A DNA stretch of 64,000 nucleotides from Takakia lepidozioides (Eukaryota > Plantae > Bryophyta), in NCBI GenBank assembly GCA_030704615.1, contig CM060731.1:25110001-25174000 (forward strand). The letters run 5' to 3'. The notes under the pieces are model-generated. The model was given only the letters and a program-made list of their open reading frames with translations. It had not been told where the DNA came from and did no database searches. The position numbers and the translations under genes were made by a program. Numbering within the stretch: the first letter of the stretch is position 1; every line of letters begins with the position of its first letter. Below, piece after piece: positions 51,287 to 60,752 of the stretch.

Positions 51287-51434
51287 ATGCAGGCGATCAC
51301 TCACTGCTAAGTCCAGGACCAAGGTCCGTAGTCTTCCATATGCATTCATCACGTATTTCTAAATGCAGGCGATCACTCATTGCTAAGTCCAGGACCAAGG
51401 TCCGTAGTCTTCCATATGCATTCATCACGTATTT
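51281..51434. repeat. 76 bp tandem duplication spanning the VIH stop codon and proximal 3' UTR
   Basis: TTCTAAATGCAGGCGATCACTCA(C/T)TGCTAAGTCCAGGACCAAGGTCCGTAGTCTTCCATATGCATTCATCACGTAT x2, one mismatch. Confidence 0.95.
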
Positions 51435-53895
51435 ACCCTGTGACTTTTCTGTGATGATGTGATGGTTCCGCATTGAACCCTCACTTGCCACAGTCTTGTG
51501 GTCATAAATCCTATGCTGACGTGTACAGTAGAAGGGATCGCAGGATACACTTGGCGATGGAACAAAACTGGAGATGACAGAAGGGGGTTGATTTCCAGCA
51601 TTAAAGACTCTGCCAATTAAAGAAACTTGCACGTGACTGTGATCGAATGTGAATGAATTGAATGCCCCATGTCAGAAGGGACTTGCTACGAAATGTACTC
51701 ATAATACGTTGTTTGCCGTAGCCTTGTGGCGATAGACCCCATGCCCAGTTTTGGCGGAACAAAAGGGAACAGACACTACCTTTGTGAGGGGCTCATTCCA
51801 GTAGTGTGACTTACCTTGATAAAAGAAGTAGTTTGGGTTTTCCAGATATCCTCTAGAAAGCCCTTCACACAAGCATCAACCTGCTGTGTGTGAGCTGCCG
51901 CAATTAGACCCCAACAGGGCCAGGGCTTTAGGCTCAGCCTCAAGAAGGGACTTGCCAAGAGACAGACTGGAAGACTGTCAGGAGAGAAGTGCAAGGTCAC
52001 CGATTTGATCTACCTTTAAGCTCAAGTTAGATGCCTTGAGTTTTCAATTCATGATGGTATCTTCCATTCAACTGTTCACTATTGTCGGTATGTCAGTCAT
52101 TACTGGGGTACTCCTGTCAAATTTAAGTGACCAAGCTCTAGACCACATTAAAGAGCCTTGAGAGCATCTGTTGTATGATAATCACTTGCCCATGTCCTGT
52201 CACTCCCGAACTGAGCACCACAGTGCTTTGTGTTCCATTTAAGGACCTCTGTGGACATGTTGGCCAGGCCAACATTGATCATCTGTCCATTTCACTGGCA
52301 GTATTTCTTTTCCATGGGTTTGAATGACGGCGGAAGGGATAGAGGGACAGAACTGGGGATGGTGGCCAGGCCAAGAGAGAGGGTGCTGATGATGAGGATG
52401 TGGTCAGTTTTATCTGTGGGCTGTTTAGAATGGTTCGTTGGTGTCAATGTCAGAGGTGATATGCAGGCACATCTTATGCAAGTGGATAATGGTGCTGCAC
52501 TTTGCAATTCACAATCATGTGCTCTTGGGCCAGTGGATGTACAATGAAGAGAAGTCGCCGGGCATTGAATCTAATCTCTCAACTCTTCCTCTCCGCATGG
52601 TAGCATAAATTTCAAATGTATTAGCGTGTGCGTTGTTAAGGGAACCCAGCATGATGTGTATAATTGGGTTCAGAACCACAAATTTATGGGGAATAGTCGT
52701 TAGTAGCATATAACTTTTCATTAGCCTCTTACAGTGACAGAGCTTTTTAACAGCCAATTTTCCAAATTGAGATATTCTCTTCAATTCTTGTGCTGTTGGC
52801 TGCACATCTATTCAGTTCTACAACTCTGTGCTGCCCATTTGGAAGACCCATCAGTAGGAGGTTTGAGGGAGCTTTGATGGTCTGAATTACAGCGCCCATC
52901 TTCAACAACAACAACCTTCATGTAATAACTCCTGCACCAATACTAGGAGTGATGTTCATCAATTTACACACCGTCTTTTTGCTGCTCATTTCAAGTGATT
53001 CTACAACATGTGCAAAGTGATGCTGCTAATCCTACTGTCTGCAAGTGTGAAAGCTGATGAACAGTAATTTACATCCCGCATGGAAAGTGAGGCAGATTTG
53101 TGTTTGGGAGAAGGCAGTCAGAAATTTCAGAGAAAGATGAAAAGCTTCAGTGCACCAACATTATATCCACTGGAGTGTAGCGTTACACCTGAAGTGTCTG
53201 GGATGTAGTTGATGAGCTATACTTCAACCCTGGAGTAGAAGACCTGAGGATGGAAGTAGTACTCAGTTCAGTACATCAGAAGGCTTACCAGAATCCTAGG
53301 GCTCTTCATATTGCCAATTTGGGAAGGTTCGTGGGTCTTTGAGATAGCCTGCACCATTTCTAACCTGGGTAATAGTCATTTCAAGTAGGGAGTCCAAGTA
53401 AACTTGGAATATCACTGAGTTCCACCAGTAAGCTTCCATCCCATGGTTCATAACAATGGCAAGTATATTTTTGAGAGCATGTAAACCCGAATTCTAGAGT
53501 CCTTCCTTAACTTTAACTTCAACTTTAGAACAGTAACTCAAAACTGCACGATCATCTGCTAGCATTTATATACTTCCAAAAGCTTTTATTTTATTCTTGA
53601 AAAGAGAAACACCCAGAGGCAACCGCTCACAAATTGAGCCCTTTAATTACAGTAAGAGGCTAAACCGATGTCTTTCCACGTTAAGTCTCATGAGGCACCC
53701 AGATGAGCACTGCCCAGGGAAAGGGGAAATATAATACCCTACAACAAGGTAGTAGGATTTGAGCCCAGAATCGCGTTGGGGCATAGTAGTGGTAAATCTT
53801 CTAACATTCAATAAATACAACTAAGTAGGCAAAAAACACACTGTCGCTCCACTTCTCTTTCGCTCGCTCCTCCTTGTCATAGCTTGTGCTTGGCC

Positions 53896-55415
53896 ATGGG
53901 CAGGCCCTTGGAACACGAGAGTGAGGAGGAGGATGATGGCACTGAGTCGAAATCACGGTCGGAAATTGTTGCAGCAGGAACTGTGGCTTCAGCAGAGGGC
54001 GATGATACAGAGGTTCGTAGCTTAGCCTTCTCCCAATAAGTAAGTGCTGCTTATTTATCATGTGTTCACATCTGCCTGCTTTTGTCAACTACAGGGAAAT
54101 TTTCGACTTGGGGTTGAATGAAGTCACTGCATAGCATGTTGGGCACTTCAATTCCATCAAGGTCTTGTCTCCCACATTTCTCTTTTGGCCTCAAGCAAGC
54201 CTCCTCATCTGATCTCACTGAGACACTGGTGGGCGATGCTTGTTTCTCACAGTAATCATGGGTTCAGGCGGAAATGTAAAAATGTGGATGTTATTCAGGG
54301 GATAGCCCAATGGCACGGTCAGGTGAAATTGGGCATTGCTCCTTATCTACAGGACCAGTTTCAGTCTAGCAATTCACCGCAGTATTTGAGCAGATGTGCA
54401 ATCAAAGAGTCCTGTCAAATTGCCTAAGCTGAAAGGTTAGATTTTACTTTCCAAAAGAGGTCGGTGGTTTAAAAAAGTAGTTTCTGCAATCAGTTTATTT
54501 TGTATGAAAGTGGTCAAAGAGAGCAGCTCAGTTTAGGGTAGTTGTGTTGATTAGACCCACTACCAGGTAAATATTGGGTCTGTCTGTTATAAGATGATTC
54601 AGTACTAATGCTAATTCATGTGAACTACATAGCCTACTTTGAGATTCAATGGGCTGTTCTGTTGTTCAGTTATAGTGATATCTTGTGGTTCTGTGCGCAG
54701 CTATCACTTGAGGGTAAGGCAGAGAGAGCTTTGGAGTGCGAGTGTGTGGCGGAGCTTCGTAATGGACCATGCGGGTCACAATTTCGTGAAGCCTTTCTTT
54801 GTTTCCTGAAAAGTACTGCTGAAGAGCAGGCAAGCTAACAAGCTGTCTTTCCTGTACCAAACCCTCATTGCTCACTTACATATAAGTAAATCCATATGTC
54901 CTGAGTTCTCCACAGTGAGTGCTCCCCAGAGCCATGTGCACCAACTTTTGAGGGCTGCACTATCACTGCAAGGTATCAACATAATTCTTTGTAGAGTGAC
55001 AGCTCTTAAGGCAACACGCAATTTCTATTGCCCTATTATTGCTCACTGTTCTTGCCACAATGACAGTTTGGATCTGACCCTCATACCCTGGAGAGCTCAA
55101 GCCCCAGGAGCTGCACGTGGCCAATGTGCACGGGACTATCTATTTCTGTCTCCTTCCTCTCTCTCTCTCTGGCACATGGCATTAATTGGCTCAACTTTTG
55201 TCTATAATTTCTGGCAGGGATCAGACTGTGTAAAGCCCTTCATGGCCATGCAAACTTGCATGGCTTCCTACCCCGATTCCTTTGTCAAATACACAGGCGA
55301 CGAAGAGAGCAAGAAAGGGGAAGGGAAGGAGGATGAGCTGGAAGAGAAGTCAACACCACCAGAACGTCCCCCTGCCACTCCACCCGAAGGGGCACTTCGG
55401 ATGCCCGAAAGTTAG
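53896..55415 (+). CDS. MIA40: Mitochondrial intermembrane space import and assembly protein 40
   Basis: Exons 53896-54012, 54701-54829 (GC donor) and 55218-55415: MGRPLE..KAERALECECVAELRNGPCGSQFREAFLCFLKSTAEEQGSDCVKPFMAMQTCMASYPDSF. It has a twin CX9C motif preceded by CxC. Confidence 0.9.
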
Positions 55416-55489
55416 CCACGGATATTCAAATCACTTTTCAGAATTCAGAGTAGATCTATTCACTTGATCTATTCGATCCGGCGGAATGG

Positions 55490-56005
55490 AACTGGATGTC
55501 TGCAGATCACCAGCCCTTCTTCGGTTACACTGTGAAGCTCGGATATTCTCTCTTGAGACCTCCTGTGCTTTTCAGAGACAAATGGAACTCAAAATGGAGA
55601 CCGAGACCCCATCTAATTGGCAGCCCATTTGGAAAGACGTTTGGAGGAAAGATAGGGCGGCTAAGATTAGTGGCCTCTGGAAGCTGGTCAATTGTATCAC
55701 CTATGGCCACCTTCATCTCAGACTGAGCTTCGATCTGTTCCGTATGTAACCTGGGAGCTGCTGAGACGATTGAGCACTGGTTACACCTTTGCCCTTTTTG
55801 CTTCCTTCATTTGCTTCTTGGTGTTCGGATTTCTCCTTTCAAACCTCTGTTTTGCTTCTCAATATGGAAGGGGGTGCTGTTTGGAGTAATTGTCCGGTGT
55901 GGGCAGCTCTTAGAGCCCACACCCTCTGGAACATTTGGAAGAGTAGATGCTCTCTGGTTTATGCGGACTTGAGACCTTATGTGCAGTTGCTGCTAGATGC
56001 TCACA
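55490..56005 (+). mobile_element. Degenerate L1-type LINE ORF2 C-terminal fragment (zf-RVT region), interrupted at ~56005 by a family A copy
   Basis: WQPIWKDVWRKDRAAKISG-LWKLVN and WAALRAHTLWNIWKSRC (LW.IWK.R motif). Confidence 0.65.
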
Positions 56006-56830
56006 AGGAAATGAAATGAAATGGTGCTTTATAACGTCCGCGGAAAGCTCATAGAGCTTATGGGACAAAATGGAAGGAAGCTCACAAGGAAAGAGACTGC
56101 AGCTATTCGCTAGCTTTGATAACTCCTGGGGAAAGGGAGGCCACTGAATCAAAGGTTGTCTGGAACGACAGCCTCCCGACATGTTGGCAGCTCTCTCAAT
56201 GACCGCCACTCGGAGAATCCAGAAGACTCTGATGTTAACTGGCGCCACAAGCACACGACTAGAAAGCGCAAATCTGAGGCCCATCTCTCATTTGATTCCT
56301 CTAGGCTGTTGTTCTTCCTCCCCCTCTAGTTCCCTGCAGACCTCCTCATCCATAGCTTCTGCAGGCACCTGGTTTTTTGGTTAGGGGGCCATGGATTTTC
56401 TTGAGGGGTTATTTTTTCCTTGGTTGTAATTCTCTGCTTTATTTGATAAATTTTCAGGGCCACTGGCCCCTGTTCTGTAAAAGTTTTTTTTTAAAAAACC
56501 GTGGTCTCCTCTATGTAGCAAGTCCCTGTCAAATCTTCCCCACCTTGTTGCCGATTCACTATTAAGTACTTTAGAATGCAGGGACAATGATGAGTAATGG
56601 AGGCGATGAGGTGGAAGGTTTGAGATGGGTGGTAATGCTCTCTATGGTTGGTGTCTGTGCATTGGCATCTAGGTTAGGTGCAACTTGTAAACTTGAAGTA
56701 AACAAGAAGGATAAGAAACTCAGTTCTACATTGCCTTATATGCACTTGCAACCACCCCGTTACAATTCCCATGCCAGTGCAGATCCCCATAAGTAGAGTA
56801 TCAGGATGGTTGGAAGTCTGGACAAAGGAA

Positions 56831-58657
56831 CTATCTTGTTGAGTCATGGCCCTTTGCGCCGTAATATTGAAACGTTGTCTCCTTGGAGAACTCTGCAAAA
56901 GTACAACCTTCCCTCCATCGTGCTCTCAAAGGAGGTATTTGTTTCTCTAAACTTTTTGGGAGAACCCCTGCCTCTAGCACTGTCGACCTTTCTCTCTCCT
57001 CCAAGGGAAGAACCAGAGGCCTATCCCATGCCGGTTGTAAAAACACAGCCATAGTCTCCCTACTGACGTTTCCAGCCCCTGGTGGTCGTGAAACACAGTG
57101 TGCTCTGGCAACCAGCTTTCCTCCCGATAGGACTTGAGCCACCTCTCCAGCTTGCACTATCAGACAGTCCGGAGGGATAGCCACAGAACTGCTCTTTCCC
57201 CTGGCAGTATCCATGACTAATAACCCTGAGTGGCCAGTTGGGGGAGGGCACTCGCAGGCACGACAACTATGCTGCAACAGATTCTTGGAAGATAATATTG
57301 TCTCTTCCGCTTCCTGAACTTTATCACCGTAAACAGTTTTCCTGCTCAAGTGGCCATGACCCTCACCCACACACTGATTTTGTCCTAAAACGCTAATCGT
57401 GGGGCACGGGTAGCACCCTCCCTTTTCTATTGGGGAGTGCCGGGAAATACCCCCCTTCCTATTGATTTCAATGTGAGTAGTTGTTGGCACAGCGAGTTTG
57501 GAGACCTGTAGTGTCAGGTCCATTGCCGTAGAGAGCATGCTTGCGGAGATATCCATTGCATTCACCTGAGACCCACGATCTGAAAAGGAGTAATTGCATT
57601 CAGAGAGACTTTCCTTGGAAGAATGTTTCCATGTCGCAGATGAACCTTCCATTTGAATGAGAAGGTCCTCAGAGAGCTGGCTTGGTGCAGATGCGAGAAA
57701 GAGAGGCGCTGTTAAAACAGTCAGTATTCCGTAATCATAGTGCCACTGCTGCCATAAATTGGATGGCAGACTAGACAGTTGAGTGTCATGCTGACACAGT
57801 TGCATCTCCCAATCTCTGGTCTCCCCATGTTTCTTTGTTGTTGCGTTTTTCTTCTGCTTAGACTTTCCTGTGGCCCCTAGAGTTGAGCCTAAAAGACTGT
57901 GTTCCTGAAAGGAATGATAGTGAATCAGACGTCCCTTTGCAGTGCCCGACTCTCGGATTGCATGTTCTAGCCCTGCATTGCAGACATTGATATCGGATGG
58001 CATCCTGCAATCGCTGCTGCTTCGAGAAACACCAAAATCACAGAGGCGAGCAACCCCTAGCCCAACCTCAACCATGGAAGCTCCCAGCTGACGAAACAAA
58101 CTTCCAAGCTCTCTCAGACTGGTGTCTTCTCCCCCTTCCACATTAGGTTGTGATACTATCTTGTTGCAATCACCACTAGCTGCCGCAGAGGGACTGGCCA
58201 ATCCAAATTGAAGTTGAGCGGCAAACGATGACACCGGTCGATCAGGAGCCTTCAAAGGCACATCTGTGCCAAGGCCATGTTCCTTAAGCACACAAGAGCG
58301 TTGGGAACTGGACATCAGGGCTAATCTCTTGGCAAGCGGCAGCAGCTGGCGCCTCAAAACTTCGTAACCTGGGATGCCTCTCACAGCTACAAACCCCTGG
58401 CCACTGGGTCCCATCGCTTCCATGATTGCTGCCACCATATCCAGCCCCTCGTACTCCCCATGCTTGATCCTATCCCTAACCACACTGCAATCTGCTCCAC
58501 TTTCATAGGTTCCCAAGAAACCCACCTGCTTATCTGCTCCTTCATCAACACAAGTGCATGCATCGGCACCAATGTCTGCTCCATCTTCCTTCTCACCACC
58601 TCTCGCCCCACATTCCAAGGATGTGGCCAACAGGCTTGGGTAGTCCAGCACCAACAT
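56831..58657 (-). CDS. 2-oxoglutarate/Fe(II)-dependent oxygenase superfamily protein (608 aa, single exon)
   Basis: Long ATG-initiated ORF with IMEAMGPSGQGFVAVRGIP, LKEHGLGTDVPLK, AKGRLIHY, WHYDYGILTVL (HxD), IVQAGE..LS.GKL..RAHCV.RP (distal His) and SRETMAVFLQP. Confidence 0.88.
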   Translation of the reverse strand: MLVLDYPSLLATSLECGARGGEKEDGADIGADACTCVDEGADKQVGFLGTYESGADCSVVRDRIKHGEYEGLDMVAAIMEAMGPSGQGFVAVRGIPGYEVLRRQLLPLAKRLALMSSSQRSCVLKEHGLGTDVPLKAPDRPVSSFAAQLQFGLASPSAAASGDCNKIVSQPNVEGGEDTSLRELGSLFRQLGASMVEVGLGVARLCDFGVSRSSSDCRMPSDINVCNAGLEHAIRESGTAKGRLIHYHSFQEHSLLGSTLGATGKSKQKKNATTKKHGETRDWEMQLCQHDTQLSSLPSNLWQQWHYDYGILTVLTAPLFLASAPSQLSEDLLIQMEGSSATWKHSSKESLSECNYSFSDRGSQVNAMDISASMLSTAMDLTLQVSKLAVPTTTHIEINRKGGISRHSPIEKGGCYPCPTISVLGQNQCVGEGHGHLSRKTVYGDKVQEAEETILSSKNLLQHSCRACECPPPTGHSGLLVMDTARGKSSSVAIPPDCLIVQAGEVAQVLSGGKLVARAHCVSRPPGAGNVSRETMAVFLQPAWDRPLVLPLEERERSTVLEAGVLPKSLEKQIPPLRARWREGCTFAEFSKETTFQYYGAKGHDSTR

Positions 58658-59558
58658 CTCCCGCCCTCGGCACCATGTAGGTGCTTGCTATTGTGTAGGC
58701 AGAGAAAAGTGCTGAAATGAGCTCTTCAAGAAAGATCCATACTACTTAGCTTTAACCCTAAACGCCCATCCCCTTCTCAATGTAAGTAGTCAAACTTCGA
58801 TCTGTAGCTCAATTTCCCGTCTTGAATTTGAGAAAAAACAAATTTAATATTTTTCAGAGATGAACCTATATGTTTACTATAAATCTTGAATTTTTCAGAA
58901 TTGTCTCATAAAAAGTGAAATATTATGATTTTCTTAAGCTTAATGTCTTGAAAAACTCATATCAATTACAATAAGTATCCAAAATTTATGAAAATTTTAC
59001 CTTTTTAAATCACACTTTAGTATATTTAAAAGTCAAAGAAAAATTTTAAGTTGAAAAATTCGATAGAAAAACTATGCTGAAGAACGAATTGGCTCTTGAC
59101 CCATTGAATTGGTAATTGCTATAAGAGATTCAATAATTGGAATTTTGATGAATCGTAAAGTGGAATAGAAACTAGACTTGATTATCTTTACTTTGTTAGT
59201 TCAACTCAAATGCAAAAAAGATTTTTTTCAAAGTGAAAACTAAGTTTTGACCAGAGAGGAGCCACTGTAGGCGTTTAGGCAAAGTTATTTCAGGAGAAAG
59301 TTACATCGACCGACAGGGTTTTTACTAACTGATCGTCGCAGGCTGCAGCGCATCATTTCTAAATGGCCTTCGAAGAGCATGCCATGGATGTGATTATTCA
59401 CAATAATAATAACACTAATAGGTAATAGACGATCGCTCTATGGCACCCTCCAGGGGTTATTTTTTCCTCTTTTACCTTGCTGACGTTTTTGTCCCCTCTT
59501 TTTATAAGAGTTTAAGAGCCTTTCCATTATTTTAAGGAAAAAAACAGAAAACAATATA

Positions 59559-59622
59559 TGTGGCTGCTGGGATTCGAACCCAGATCAGTTGCATTAAGCG
59601 CTTTTCATTGAGCTACAGCCAC
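59559..59622 (-). ncRNA. tRNA-like Pol III unit or tRNA pseudogene lacking a normal anticodon arm
   Basis: Minus strand GTGGCTG-TA-GCTCAATGAAAAGC-GCTTAATGCAACTGAT-CTGGGTTCGAATCCCAG-CAGCCAC-A: perfect 7-bp acceptor stem and T arm, A and B boxes, and a downstream oligo-T. Confidence 0.7.
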
Positions 59623-60752
59623 TTCCATGCTACTGATGAACACTAATTTAAATTTATACAGAAAACAAGTGTATTATTAAATAGTAGATGGTCCTATGGA
59701 CAAAAATAAACAGTGGTACAGTATCTACTAAGGTAGAAACTTACAGGCTGAGCCTTTGCCCTTTGCCCTTCTCCCTGATCCCGGCACACATTCCTGTCTT
59801 GACATCTTTTGAAACTCTCTCTTATGCAATTCTGGACTTAGGCCACCTTCCACATTCACTTCCTCTGGACATAGGCAAAACCATACCATTGCGCAAACCA
59901 GCCAATGGTGGGTCCAAATTGGCCATGAACAGTGTACTGTGAGTGCGTCTTGTTCGGTTGCAACAGCAGGTTTCTGCACGGAGGATGCCTCAACTATGAC
60001 GTCGATCAAGTCAAGTGCTGTAAATCCGCGCCTCCATATTGGGCTTAAATTGCCTTGCAACAACTCCTACTGGTGACTGAGAGAAAGAAAGAAATCTATT
60101 ACGTCCAGTGGAACAGAAGGGAGGAACACGAACCACGGAAAAACAAGACAGCCTGGCATGAACCATACTGCCTTATGCAGGTAAGACTGCTAGGTACTTC
60201 AGCTCCTCATTTAAGCACCTTGAACAGCAATTGTGACCAATGGATTCTAGTGGGCACAACAATTATCCCTCAATCTAGTGTGCGTTAAAGACCCCATGCA
60301 CAGCTAGTAGAGACTATTACTACTCGCAGGTAGTCCCCCAAGTACAAGGTCTATAACTCTCAACAACTAACCCCTTGGCAACCATTTTTCCTCTCTAGCA
60401 TCAAGCCAAGCCTTGTGCTGTATGTATCACATCTACTAGGACAATTAAGCCGTGGACTTGTTTTCCTCTATCAGATACATTCAGGAATCAACAAGAACTG
60501 AGGCAAGTCAGCTGAGCATAAATGAAGAAAGGAATAGCAAAGGCAGAATTCACAGGGCTTGCCTGCCTGAATACAATTTCATGTACCAGATTAATAGAAC
60601 TAAAAGGGGTGCATATGCAAGTGAATGTACTTCTTCACCCATGCATAGAAACCTCCACCAAACTCACGACTGTTGGTAAACCAGGGCAACGAGTCGACGG
60701 GTCATCAACGACCAAAACAAATGAAGCCATCCTACTGGAAGATAATTCAGTT

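Noticed and set aside
52000-53500. Possible decayed gene between VIH and MIA40
   Set aside because: Short ORFs with no recognisable motifs or consistent splice pattern.
53745-53800. B-box-like remnant (reverse complement GGGCTCAAATCC)
   Set aside because: No cloverleaf stems; at most an old tRNA/SINE scrap.
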